Positions 33,700-46,494 are shown, numbered from the stretch's first letter. The stretch: 64,000 nt of DNA from Macrostomum lignano (GCA_002269645.1 NIVC01002098.1:28343-92342); one strand, 5' to 3'. Notes: generated by a model from the sequence alone, not told the origin. Made by a program: numbers and translations.

Positions 33700-35024
33700 C
33701 TAAGCCTATATAGCTTCGGGCCTCAGAATTCGGAAATGAATCACTTAGAACTCTGGCCTCTCACTCCTGTCAGATGGTCAGCCCCATGGTAGCCAGATTG
33801 TGGGCGAGCAGCAAGGTCCTATAGCTAGGAGAAGACAGCGAGAGACAAGCAGGGAGAATTTGAAAGGTAGAGATTAGCTAATCCGCAGATTAACTAACCC
33901 GCTGCCACCAGTCCGTGCGCCCCGGCTCACCAAACCGGAGCTATCGAAATCGGACTTCCGACTAGAGGGGCACTGCACTTACCTGCCATCTAGTCTTTTA
34001 GCTGTCTAAATCTCGAAGTCATAGCCGAATAGAACGGACGCTGCTGGGACTAAGATCGCATTGGCCATGCAGGGACAGAGGACTTTTGCAGGGGGTTCTT
34101 GCACTGGCGAGCCTTTATACACTACCAAATGTACTATTTCATTACCAAATTCCCAGAAGTACATGTATAAGTACACGTAACTGCACGCTTTTGGAACTAA
34201 ATGTGCGTTAACACGTCGACAGATAGCGATGATGTAGATGTATTGTCACTTTTGGAGACCTTCAGACTAATATTTATCTCGTTTTAGCCGCTTAGCTGCC
34301 TGAGACAGTGCGAAAGCGCCAGTCTGGCACTTAATTTGCATGCTTAACATAATGATTTCTTAGATCGACTGATTGACTGGGAACTGTGCCGCTTCCGGTC
34401 CACTGTGACCTCTGCCTCTAGATTTAGCTGCTCATCTCAGCTGGCGTTGCGAAAAATAAAGAAAACGCCAAGTCTTTAACTTCCAGATTTAACTTTCTCA
34501 CTTAATCCGCAATCCTAAACACTTTAGATTGAGTTAGAGCAAATGGCTACTTTTAATATTAACTAACACTTCTGCCTCGAGATTGGCACACAAAAGCAAG
34601 TAAGCAAAAGTGCAAATCCTATCAGACTACCTAGGAAGGGGTTAGACAAAGGGTGCACCCAGTTAAGCAGGTCAAAAGAGCCTCTCACCCAACTAATCGG
34701 AGGACCTATCTGCCGGTAGCCAAGGAATCCACAGAGACCGAAACACTCAGATGGTATGCTGCTGCTGATCTTAACTGACGCGCGACGCTGTTGCTCCTCA
34801 CTTGCCGGTTGTCGTTGCTACTCTTAGATCACTGCCGGGAGATATTGATGATGCTTCTCAGGGGGAACTTAGCTTTTGAAGACGAAACTGCCGGGGGAAG
34901 GAGGATCAGATCGGCAGGACCGTAGGGGGAAGAGCCAGAAGGCAGTATCAGGCCAAGTTGAGCGCCCCAGGCCTTGGCAAGGACAAAAACCGGGAGATAT
35001 TTCGAGCGCAGTTAGAGTTGCCGC

Positions 35025-35081
35025 CTTTTATAGCTCTCACGCGGCCGATTTGTTATAACGCACGCTGAATTTTCCGATTGG
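35025..35081 (-). promoter_or_regulatory. Pol II promoter-like CCAAT plus TATA box in foldback spacer
   Basis: Minus strand CCAAT (35081-35077) followed about 45 nt later by TATAAAAG (35032-35025), pointing toward the transposase remnant. Confidence 0.45.
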
Positions 35082-35139
35082 CTGAGAGCTTTTGTTAAAA
35101 CTCCGCCGAACGACGAAAACGCCAAAAACTGCTGCACGA

Positions 35140-35420
35140 TCCTTCACAAGACCGAAACTTCATAAGACCGAAATTTCACAACGCCGAAACACCATACTTC
35201 ACAAGACCGAAACTTCATAAGTTCAAACTTCGTTACTACAAATAAAAGTATTTCGTGGTAACGACGAGGCAGCAAAAAAGGCAGCAAGTTCGCAAGTCTT
35301 GTGAAGGGCCCAGTATTTTAAGCTTTGGGGTTGTGAAACTTCGGTCTTATGAAGTTTCTGTCTTGTGAAGTGCCCTGCATTTTGAGCTTTCGGCGTTGTG
35401 AAATTTCGGTCTTATGAACC
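35140..35420. mobile_element. Small MITE-like inverted-repeat element in foldback spacer
   Basis: Repeated CACAAGACCGAAACTTCATAAGACCGAAATTTCACAACGCCGAAA with inverted copies at 35330-35418; TSD not resolved. Confidence 0.6.
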
Positions 35421-37319
35421 CCCCCCCCATGTAGCTAGTGCATGTGCACTTGCCAAGCACGTCACAGAGAAGGCAAAACTTTTCCCGATATATTGTGCTT
35501 CTCAAATCAAATACTCGTACGTATTTAAATTAATAACATGCAATCCGTGTTTCCCGTTCGTTATTTTCAGCAGTACAGCATTTTTGCACCCCCTCATAAT
35601 AGGTGCCCCTCATTACTCATGTTGGCCTCCTAAACTTGGACCGCCCCCTCCCAAAATGAAATTCTAGATCCGCCACTGCTCGTATATGATAAGACTGACT
35701 GAATTTACTATTACTAATATACCTATACTAGTTATAAATCATGTCTCAATCCGATGGAAACAACTTACGTATGTAAATGTCCATGTACCAGGAAAGTCAT
35801 GGCTATTTAAAAAGTGGCAGGATGTCAGGCTATGAGAGCACGAGACTTTTCCACAGAGGCTTTTCTTGCCGAGCTTTCCTCTAATTTTTAACCAACAGGT
35901 GCTGCAGAGACAGAGGGCGAGAAGGAGAAAGGGAGGCCAATAGGGGCAGATAAACTATTGAGACTACTGTAATGTAAAATCATACCTCTCGTAAAATCAT
36001 GTAAAATCATGTAAAATCACTTTATACCTCTCGCCATATGGCTCTACCTCCCACTATTCTTTGTGACCATATTTGTGTCATCATCAAAAGAGAATTCGAT
36101 AAAATAGGAATGTTTCAGGACATGACAGAGCGAATTATCGTAAAAAGCATAGTTAAAAGCAGTGAAGTCTGTTTTATTTTAGAGGCACATGTTTACAATA
36201 CTCAGTTAAGTATATACATGTACTCGTAAAACTGCACATTGACAAAAGACAATGAAAAACTCTTGTCGAAAAAATGCGCTGCATAGTTCTCTCAAACTCG
36301 ACAAGGGGGGGACAAAAAACTGGTTACAGCATTACAGAGCGAGAAAAAGAGCGTCAGCGTTTGATGGTAGTGCAATATTGCAAAGAAGTCACGGATTAAA
36401 TGTTCTATACGCCACGGGCACAGAGAAGTGTGACCAAACATTTATACGGCTACGTCGGCTAACAGCTAATTTCTGTCCAATGTGGCTGAATAGTCATACA
36501 TGTCGTAGTCGTCACCGTCGTCTTCTTTCACCTCAGAGGATCCTGCGTGCACTCTGCGTCCTATGAATAGGCAGCAGCATAATGCACATTGCTTTGTCTC
36601 ATCTCGATACCTGCCAATGAACGAGAGAAAAAGTCCTTGTATTTAAAATGCAAATGCATGATGCAAAGCATTCCAATACAGTTCATAGCTAATCTGCATT
36701 GTTAGCACTTGATGCTGGAGTGACTATGAGCGGAGAAGCTGAATAGGTTCTGTAAGCGACCAACACAATTCACTGATTTCACTAGGAAGAAGCTAAATAC
36801 ATGCCATCTTACCATCTACGTACTCTTGTTTCAAACGACCTCATTTAACGTATTCTGCTGATGATATTGTAGAGTGTATAAGCGGCAGCATATAATAGTC
36901 GTCTTTTTTTCCTCACTGCTAATTAAACGAGAAGATAAATAACTGGCATAGATCTCCTCTAAAAGAAATCGGATAATATGCTTCTTCATTAGTCCTTCGA
37001 TCGCCCTTAGCACTCACAACACTAGTAGATGATAGCACGCGGAGCAGCGATCGTCCTCCGCTTGAGCCGGCGGTCACTGCAGCCGAAGCGGCAGGCAGCA
37101 GACAGTCCTGCGATCGTCCTCCGCTTGAGCCGGCGGTCACTGCAGCTGAAGCGGCAGGCAGCAAACAGTCCTGCGATCGTCCTCCGCTTCTGGAAGAGGT
37201 TGAGTGGGAGATGAAGCCCGGAAGGGCTGCCTGGGAGGGGTAGAGTCGGGTTAGCCTGGAGGGGCTGTCTAGGAGGGCTGTCTGGGAGGGCTGTCTGGGA
37301 GGGGTAGCCTGTGAGAGGT

Positions 37320-39300
37320 AGAGTGGCAGGGTATGGGAAATGACAGCAGGGTATGGGGAAGGCCGGCAGGGTGTGGGGAAGGGTAGCAGGAAATAGGGAA
37401 GGCCAGCAGTAGGGAAGGCAGGCAGGGTGTGGGGAAGGACAGCAGGGTGTGGGGAAGGGTAGCAGGAAATAGGGAAGGCCAGCAGTAGAGAAGGCTGGCA
37501 GGGTGTGGGGAAGGGTAGCAGGGAGTAGGGAAGGCTAGCAGGATGAGGGGAAGCAGGCAGGGTGTGGGGAAGGCCAGCAGGGTGTGGGGAAGGCCGGCAG
37601 GGTGTGGGGAAGGGTAGCAGGAAATAGGGAAGGCCAGCAGTAGGGAAGGCTGGCAGGGTGTGGGGAAGGACAGCAGGGTGTGGGGAAGGGTAGCAGGGAG
37701 TAGGGAAGGCCAGCAGGAAGTGGGGAAGCCGGCAGGGGGTGGGGAAGGCCGGCAGGGTGTGGGGAAGGGTAGCAGGATGTGGGGAAGGCCGGCAGGGTGT
37801 AGGGAATGCCAGAAGGGAGTGGGAAAGGCCTGCATTGATGGGGAAGGACAGCAAGGTGTAGGGAAAGCCTGCATTGGTAGTGAAGATTAGCAGGGTGTGG
37901 GGAAGGACAGCAGGGTGTGAGGAAGGACAGCAGGGTGTGGGGAAGGGTAGCAAGGAGTAGGGAAGGCCAGCAGGAAGTGGGGAAGCCGGCAGGGTGTGGG
38001 GAAGGCCGGCAGGGTGTGGGGAAGGGTAGCAAGGAGTAGGGAAGGCCAGCAGGATGTGGGGAAGGCCGGCAGGGTGTGGGGAATGCCAGCAGGGAGTGAG
38101 GAAGGCCTGCATTGATGGGGAAGGACAGCAGGGTGTAGGGAAAGCCTGCATTGGTAGTGTAAGACAAGCAGGGTGTGGGGAAGGACAGCAGGGTGTGGGG
38201 AAGGGTAGCAGGGAGTAAGGAAAGCCAGCAGGGTGTGGGGAAGGCCGGCAGGGTGTGGGGAAGGGTAGCAGGGAGTAAGGAAAGCCAGCAGGGTGTGGGG
38301 AAGGCCGGCAGGGTGTGGGGAAGGGTAGCAAGGAGTAGGGAAGGCCAGCAGGATGTGGGGAAGCTGGCAGGGTGTGGGGAAGTCTAGCAGGATGTGAGGA
38401 AGCCAGCAGGGTGTGGGGAAAGCCAGCAAGGAGTAAGGAAGGCTGGCAGGGTGTGGGGAAGGACAGCAGGGTAGGGGAAAGACAGCAGGGTATGGGGAAA
38501 GACAGCAGGGTATGGGGAAGGACAGCAGGGTGTAGGGAAAGCCTGCATTGGTAGTGAAGACAAGCAGGGTGTGGGGAAGGACAGCAGGGTGTGGGGAAGG
38601 GTAGCAGGGAGTAGGGAAGGCCAGCAGGATGTGGGGAAGGCCGGCAGGGTGTGGGGAAGGGTAGCAAGGAGTAGGGAAGGCCAGCAGGATGTGGGGAAGG
38701 CCGGCAGGGTGTGGGGAATGCCAGCAGGAAGTGAGGAAGGCCTGCATTGATGGGGAAGGACAGCAGGGTGTGGGGAAGGGTAGCAGGGAGTAGGGAAGGC
38801 CAGCAGGATGTGGGGAAGGACAGCAGGGTGTGGGGAAGGGTAGCATGGAGTAGGGAAGGCGAGCAGGATGTGGGGAAGCTGGCAGGGTGTGGGGAAGCTG
38901 GCAGGGTGTGGGGAAATCTAGCAAGGAGTAAGGAAGGCTGGCAAGGGTGTGGGGAAGGACAGCAGGGTAGGGGAAAGACAGCAGGGTATGGGGAAAGACA
39001 GTAGGGTGTGGGGAAGGCTAGCAGGATATGGGAAAAGCCAGCAAGGTATGGCCATGTGGGAAGGCCAACAATATACAATGAAGGCCAAGCAGGATACATT
39101 GAAGAGCAGCAAGGTTTGTGAAAGACAGCAGGGTATGGAAAAGGCCCATAAAAGACAATGAAGGGCAGTAAGGTATGGGAAAGGCTTGTATTGATAAGAA
39201 AAGGTAGCAAGTGTTGTAGGAAGGCCATCAGGGTAAGGTATGGTAAAGCAAGGGCAGTAGGGTGTAACCATGTAGGGAAGGCTAGCAGGTTATGGGGAAA
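37320..39300 (-). repeat. Inverted copy of the C-rich minisatellite in right foldback arm
   Basis: CAGCAGGGTGTGGGGAAGG units; outer part near-identical to the left arm. Confidence 0.95.
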
Positions 39301-40531
39301 GGGAAGGTTAAAAAAAATATAGAACCTCTAAATACTAAATACTAATTTCAGGCTCAACCTATAACATAAAATAGTAGAATAGAACCCAATTTATCAATAA
39401 AATAAAAAATAAAAAATACATCCATTTATGGAATATATATAATAGGCTATTAGTATAGTATATTAGAACCCTAAATTATGGTTGTTCAATATATCTATCA
39501 ATATAGCTAGCTTTACTAAATAGTTTCTCTCCTAAACTCAGGATTCAGGGTTCAGAAAAAAGAATATTGAATATATAGCCCTAGGCCTAGCTTAGTCACA
39601 CAGTTATTGCATTCAGTTACAAAATTGTGCATAGGCCTAGCTACAAACTGAAACTGAGCGCCATCCAAGTTCACTTATTGAACTTTAAGTCGAGTCGTAT
39701 TGTTCTCCTCCTGTTCTAATATTAATTCGCTGGGCCTATTAATATTGTGGAAATAATAAACAGCTAGTACTTAGTAGGCCTACATAAAATAATGTTAAAT
39801 GTTAACACTTACACTTGTAACTAAGTCATCCTGACCTAATATTTATCTAGCATTCTAGTGACACTAAAATACTGTACTAGAGAATAGTAGCGTAGTAGGT
39901 TAGTAAAATCGCTAGGCCTACTTTGCATTAGTGAACTAAAAAATAAGCAGAAACGTCTGTTCAAATTTGTGCCATATTTGGCCCTTGTGCGCATAAAAAA
40001 GGCGGTCTATAGCATGCTACTGTATCATATAGCATGATACGGACTGCCTTATAGGCGGTTTTTGCCGTGTTCTATACCGCCTAACGTGTATATACGGCTG
40101 TTCAGACAGACATTCAAAACGACCGTCTGTAACTTCAAACAAAATTGACCCGTTTCAACCATCTTTTTGGCAAATACTTACGCAAGTGTTGGGCGTCAAA
40201 TAAGCTTTAATTTATTAACTGAAGTAAAAATCCTTCTGACATACATTGATTTAAAAATTGCTTAGCAACACTAGCTCTGATTAGAAATCGCTTTACTGTT
40301 GACTAAAATTGTTTTGATCGTAGCAGCCTAAAAGCAGATACTGGATTTAAAAATGCTTCGATTTACTCTATACGCATGTCTCAGCTTTAAAATGACACCT
40401 CAGGTGTTGCAAAAGACAGCTTTGATGCTGAGATATTCGACACTAAACATTGCTTTGCTCAAACTCACATTCGGAAACTTCACTGATTTTTATTCAATAT
40501 TTGTTCAGATGCTTGTCTACTTCTCCATTTA

Positions 40532-40980
40532 TTAACCATCGCATGGAGCCTTGCTAACGTACAAGTGTATGTAGTTACTGTAAATGGGGGGTTTTGTGAC
40601 TCACTTAAACTTGTTTACGCATTCTGCAGCTATTTGCCGCCTTTCATTGGAGTGATTCATGGAGTCCAGTTGATAAATTTCCGCAAATTGGACTGCTTCT
40701 ACGTCAGATCTCAACATTTGGAACCATCCTTGAACTATTTCAGAGTTAAGTGAGCTAATGGCATCAAATGGAAGGCTAGTGCTCATACTCGTAAGCAAAG
40801 CAGGTTCACAATTGAAATGGTTGTATTCATGGCCATCGGATCTAAACTGATCTGTTTTACTTTCACGATTGCTTCGGTCTCAGAAGGAGCAGCAGTTGAT
40901 GGACTGAGGTGAGAAGAAGATGTGTCACGACTTGAGCTGTTTTTAGAAAATATCTTTATCCAATTAAATATTTTCATGCG
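40532..40980 (-). other. Spliced coding remnant inside the Sola2-like element (unknown protein)
   Basis: Overlapping frames MKIFNWIKIF.. and ..EIVQGWFQMLRSDVEAVQFAEIYQLD..KF; 51-nt GTGAGT..TTAG intron at 40604-40554 gives N|KAPCDG*; junction between the two frames unresolved. Confidence 0.3.
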
Positions 40981-42814
40981 GCTCCTTAGGTTGTTCCGAA
41001 TTCCGAGTCTAGAAGTCAAGACAGAAAAAAAGTTAAGAACTGCTACGGTAGTCCGTAGGGATTGGAAAGCTTAGCAGTACATTAGAAATCGCCTGTTCAA
41101 TCTAAAAAGTTTGAAGTACATATAGCTATTGGGTTGCAACAACAGTAGAAAATTTTTTTCCTTTTTATTTTATTCCCACCGCTTACCTCATTCCAATTTG
41201 GATAGCAGAATTGCCACGCAAAAAAAGTAAAAACATAACAATAAACTATTTGCTTCATATTAATTGCCACTGACTGTTAATAAACGCGACGTCAATTTCT
41301 CTCAATAACAATTGGAACATGTTTCTTGTACACTCGTATATTTATTTGAATTGCAAAGCGGTGAAAAAGTCATGATTGGTCGCCATATGTACAAATGTAC
41401 ACTCACAGACTCACTGACTCAGGTACAATCTATGCAATATAAAGGCAGGAATCATTAAAAATCAAATACTTAAGACAGTTTAAGAGAAGTCCAGGTTTAA
41501 ACTGGACATGACTAGAATTTGACAAGTTTCTGATGAAAAACAAGGACATGGCAGCTGCACAAATATCGATAAAAATCAGTGAAATTTCTGAATGTGAGTT
41601 TGCACAAAGCAATTGTTTAGTGTCGAATATCTCAGCATCAAAGCTGTCTTTTGCGACGCCTGAGGTGTCATTTTAAAGCTGAGACATGCGTATAGAGTAA
41701 ATCGAAGCATTTTTAAATCCAGTATCTGCTTTTAGGCTGCTACGATCAAAACAATTTTAGTCAACAGTAAAGCGATTTCTAATCAGAGCTAGTGTTGCTA
41801 AGCAATTTTTAAATCAATGTATGTCAGAAGGATTTTTACTTCAGTTAATAAATTAAAGCTTATTCGACACCCAACACTTGCGTAAGTATTTGCCAAAAAG
41901 ATGGTTGAAGCGGGTCAATTTTGTTTAAAGTTACAGACGATCGTTTCGAATGTCTGTCTGAATATCTCTCGTGAAACCCTCACATTCTAAACAAGACTCA
42001 AGAGAAATTGCACTCTGAGCCTTAAAATCGCACCTTGAAATTTGGCACAAGGTGCGATTTCGCACCTTATCTCTGGCGAAAAAAAAAACCCAGGATTGTC
42101 CATTGGGCTGGGTATTGGCATTGGGTTGCTAAAGTAAATTGCCAATAACAATACTTTCACTATAATGAAAATTATATAACTAGAATATTTACTATATATA
42201 GGTAGGCATATTATATAATTGCATAAGGCATATTTTAAATTAAAAGTAGGTTAACAAGAATTTTGTTTTGTTATAACTTTCTTGACTGAAACAACTTGTA
42301 CTTGAGTTTTTAGCCTACCCAACACTTTTACACATATCCTATTACTAAAAATGGTTTGTATCTATTTATAGGGCCTATAGACTATCTATCTAACTTTTAG
42401 TTTCTAGGCCTAACTAGTAGGCCCTTAACTAATCCTAATCCTATATACTAAAAATGAAAATCTTGCTTGCTTGTAATTTAGATAAGATATGGCTCAAGCT
42501 TAACTAGTAGGCCTAATTTTCTTCAAAATTGCACCATTCAATTAATTAGAAACTTTTCCATGATGGTACATGTTTCTTGGCTAAGAAATTGCACAATGCT
42601 AAGGGGTTCAAAATTAAAAAGTCTTTTTGAAAAGGTCAAATAGACTTTTTGACTTTAAAATGCATTGTAAAAAATGCTAAAAAACTAACTAGCTAAATTC
42701 TGATTGCATCATACTAGGCTTCTATAGTCTATTTCATGCTTAAAGTTATGCCAGAAGAAAACTAATACAATTTTATCATTTACTTATACCAGACTTATGC
42801 CATGCTTATGTACC

Positions 42815-44193
42815 GGTCACCAATAACTTTGGCGATAGTTCACTTCGGTGACAGTCACTTTGGTGACAAGTCACTTCGGCAACAATTAATAACAGCTAAA
42901 GAATGCATTTATAATATATGTATTTTTTGCCAATGAAATTTCATGATTAAAAAAGCAACACAAATTTATATTTAGGTATATTTAGGTATTTAGCTAGGTA
43001 TATTTATTCTCCTACATGCGCAACTGCTAGCTGACCTGGCCGATCTGGCCACTGTAAATTGTGGTAGACTAGGGGTAAGTTGCAAAAATGCCCAGCCTAA
43101 AGAATACAGATGTAGTATTAATTAGATGACGAGACATTTAGCCCTTATTTATAAGACAGTCATAGTTACTCCTGCCATTTACCCAAAATTGCATTAGGGT
43201 TTCTTTCACAAGTAAGTCACATTTTTGGTCAAAAAGTAAGTCGCATGGCCAGTGTAAATCAGGAGGGGTTGTGCATGTATGTTTATTCTCAATTTAATAA
43301 GTAGAAGGTGGGGTTAACACAAGCTCTAGCGGGTTGTAAATATGCATGCATTACTATGTACTTGTACATTAACTGTACGTTAACACAATGTATTTGCCAC
43401 AAGAGATCTCAGTCTACAAAAAAGCCACTTGAACTAATAACAACATTGAGGGCTTTCACAACCGCTTGAACAGTCGGGCTCAATGTGGTCAGCTCCAGTT
43501 CTACCTCCTGGTTAAGCTGCTATACGACAAGGGCCACATAGTCTCTATCGATTTGCAATTGGTGTCACAAGGTGCTCTGAGGTGGTTGCAGCAAAAGAAG
43601 TACTGCCAGTGACAGTCCAAATACTTCAAACTTTGGTTGGAGTATCAAGCTGGAGACTGATCAATTCAGTCACTTCTAGAGGCTTGCAGCAAGCTGAATG
43701 GACCGTAAACTGTCTATGGTGCACCTGCATATGCTTAACTTCTGTAATGCTAAGACTTCTTTGCATGCTACATGTAGCATCTCTGCTTTTAATGCTTTTA
43801 ATGCATGTTTATTTCTCTTTCTTTATTTCTGCAATGGAGTGACACAGTGTATGTGCCCATACATCCCAATATGCCAAATAAATTTATAACAATACTTACA
43901 GTACTATATAATGCAAGTCAATTCATTTTGTACTTTATCATATTTATTGTAAGTTGGCGCCTCTCAATGTCTTTTAGACATGGCGCATCTCAATGTCTTT
44001 TAGACATGGCGGTTTATAACAAAATACTGAAAATTTGTGTTTCTTTTTTAATCCAGATAAATCACACTTTTTAATTGTGAAGTTTCATTGGCAAAAAAGA
44101 TGTCTTTTAGCTGTTAATTGTTGCCAAAGTGATCCAAATGTGTTGCCAAAATGACTGTTGCTGAAGTGACTTGTCACCAAAGTGATTGTAATT
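42815..44193 (+). mobile_element. Decayed Mutator (MULE) element
   Basis: Degenerate TIRs (42815-~42965 vs ~44035-44193) with CACTTCGG/CCAAAGTG subrepeats; 9-bp TSD TTATGTACC / CTATGTACC. Confidence 0.75.
43409..43708 (+). pseudogene. MULE transposase C-terminal remnant with in-frame stops
   Basis: SVYKKAT*TNNNIEGFHNRLNSRAQCGQLQFYLLVKLLY...FKLWLEYQAGD*SIQSLLEACSKLNGP*; RTNNxxEGxH motif of invertebrate MULE transposases. Confidence 0.85.
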
Positions 44194-45329
44194 CTATGTA
44201 CCACATGCCAGGCATAATGCCTAGACTAAGGGAAGGTATAGGGCAGTTTGTTTAAACATTTTCATTACAAAAATTAAAAATATAATACACAAATGTTTCT
44301 ATTTGTATATTATATTAAAACTTTATAAATATATAGGTATAAAAAAGAAAATAATGTAAAAAAAAATTGTATTATAACATAATTTCTAAATTTTAAACTT
44401 TGTTTTACTTTTTACAAAATATATAGTTTAAATTCTCTATTTTATTCAAATACAGAATAAGTTAACACAGTGGTTGAAATCACAGTCATATTTATTTCTA
44501 ATCAGGTTAAATACACCAAATGATCATATTGTAATTGTTTTTATACTAGCCATTTATGCCTATCTATTTTTTATCAATTTTATTTCCAAGCATTTATGCC
44601 AAGGCTTTTTTTTGTAAAATTACACTAGATATTTTGGCATAACAGTAATAAAACAGACCATGGCTAAGCTTTTTATTTATTGACTTTTGTCAGTTTACAA
44701 TTGATTGGCCTAATGTGAATCCAACTTGAATTGTATTACTATAAAACAGAGTTTGGTAGCATAGGCCCTAGAATAAGATTGCATTTACAAATTAGACTTG
44801 ATTTGCATTCTATAATAGTCATATATGCCCAACCTTAAAATTTCACCCATCTAATGCAACTTACTTTTGTCTAGATTTGTGATTTAGTTTCTCCCGATTA
44901 TGACTTAGTTGCCCCGATTGCGACTTAATTTTCACTTTGTATATGATTTTTCTTGCCTTTTTTCTTTTTTCTCTTTTTCTTTTTCTTTCCTCTTCTCTTC
45001 TCTCTTTTTCCCTCCTTTCTTTTCCCTTTCTCTTCCTCTCCCTTCTTTCTTCCCAATTTTTTGTTTTTTGCATTTTCAATTTTGTGACTTACCTTGGTTG
45101 GTGGCCATTTCACCCATCTGGTTTGGATGGGTTAGACAGGTATTAGGCATATATGATAACAGTATATCTATAATTGTATATTAAATTATTACAAGCTATT
45201 TTGAATAAAATTTAATAATAATTTGTAATGTAGCTCCCAATAAATCAGCCCTATTGGAATAAATGTTAAAAACCCGCAGACGCGCGCTTTAGAAAAGAGT
45301 CAAACTATTTTACCGCACTTTAGGATTAT

Positions 45330-45639
45330 TAGAGATGTTCCAAAAGATCTGCAGTTTCATCGAAATCAAAATTCGCTAACTTTCCAAAATCAAAATTGAA
45401 ATTTCCCGAAATCATAATTCAGAAAAACAAAGTTTAGTATGATCAACACTCACTTTTTTACTTTCAATTTACTGCTTAAGCAAAAAGTAATACATGTATA
45501 TGTAGTAGAAAGTAGTTTATTTTTAGCAACTTTTTAGACACTACCAAAATTTTACTTCTAAATTTTATTTCGAAATTGAAATTCGCTCTAAAAAATTTCA
45601 AATTTTGGAAAATTGAAATTGAATTTTCGGAACATCTCT
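45330..45639. mobile_element. hAT-like MITE (TAGAGATGTTCC TIR), possibly nested in a CpG-rich element at ~45264-45825
   Basis: TAGAGATGTTCC at 45330 and GGAACATCTCTA ending 45639; TSD poorly conserved. Confidence 0.5.
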
Positions 45640-46494
45640 AAGCTTAATAAATTACGAGTGTATAAGCCCCTTCAACAGAGGTATTATACCCATTTCCATG
45701 TATATGTATTTGCTAGAGCAGCAGCCAGTAAGAAAGGGCAGCGCGCGCAAGCGCTGCGCCTGTGCGCGCGCTGCGCTTTAGAAAAATTTCAAAAGTGCGC
45801 CAGACACCGTCCGCGGTTTTACAACTTTTTCCTATAGGGTAAATCAGTATTGTTTGTCACCTAGGATATAGAAAATATGAATTTATAGTGCAAGACTAGC
45901 AATATAGTGCCTGCTTGGGGGTGCCCAATAAGTAAAGAACAAAAAATATTTAATAAAGACAATTAAAAAGCATATTTTATTAAAAACTAATTGGTTCTTC
46001 AGTTTTAAAAATCACCTTATTCATGTAAAATTGTCATAGACAAAGATCAATAAAGAAATAAACCTAGTGCTTAAACATTTGCAAATTAAGTTAAAAAATA
46101 AAAGAAACACTCAATTGCCTTTGTAAGATAATATTTTTTTCTTTTTACAGAGCAATAATACTTAATTGCTATAAAAAGTACTAATGCTAAACGTTTTCAC
46201 ATTAAAAAAAATTTGAGTTTGCTTGTGCTTTATTATACTTTATTAGGTATATTCTATAAGTTTCTAAGTTAATAATATAGTTTACTAAAGTATCTTTGGT
46301 TTATTTTACTTGTATCTAATATTTTTTCAATTTTTTTAAAATTAATAACTATGGCTATGGGAATCTATGGAATATAACAGCAACTACCATATTTCTGTAG
46401 TTGTAGCCATAAGAGCAGCTAGCTACCATAGGCGTATCTATAGCTGCTATAGGGCACCTATTTTACCATATTTGCCATAGGATCCCTAGCACAC

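Larger units (their letters stand above)
28385..40100. mobile_element. 11.7-kb foldback transposon, P-superfamily/Galileo-like, non-autonomous
   Basis: Inverted arms 28385-32358 and 37028-40100; ends CACCCGTATATACACG / CGTGTATATACGGCTG; 7-bp TSD TTCAGAC (28378-28384, 40101-40107); arms contain tandem arrays; P-transposase-like motif in spacer. Confidence 0.85.
28016..41981. mobile_element. Sola2-like non-autonomous DNA transposon (~1.9 kb of own sequence, ~430-bp TIRs), left TIR interrupted
   Basis: 28016-28041 plus 40101-~40504 is the reverse complement of ~41559-41981; termini GAG...CTC; 4-bp flanks ATAT/ACAT. Superfamily call is inferred from termini and TSD length only. Confidence 0.7.
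27737..42093. mobile_element. Outer hAT-type MITE (~390 bp of own sequence) inflated to 14.4 kb by nested insertions
   Basis: Ends CAGGGTTTTTTTTT / AAAAAAAAAACCCAG; perfect 8-bp TSD GATTGTCC at 27729-27736 and 42094-42101; AAAATCGCACC/GGTGCG subterminal motifs in both halves. Confidence 0.8.

Noticed and set aside
35664-35678. CTAGATCCGCCACTG, a hAT-like TIR end; similar lone end at about 27331-27349
   Set aside because: No partner terminus or TSD found in the window.
36252-37013. ORFs in the right part of the foldback spacer as a THAP domain
   Set aside because: No C2CH/THAP signature visible in any frame read.
36919-39228. 769-aa ORF, and mirror ORFs of 274-534 aa at 29264-31533
   Set aside because: Translations of the C-rich minisatellite in the foldback arms; several frames are open at once and the peptides are PTPC/PHPA repeats.
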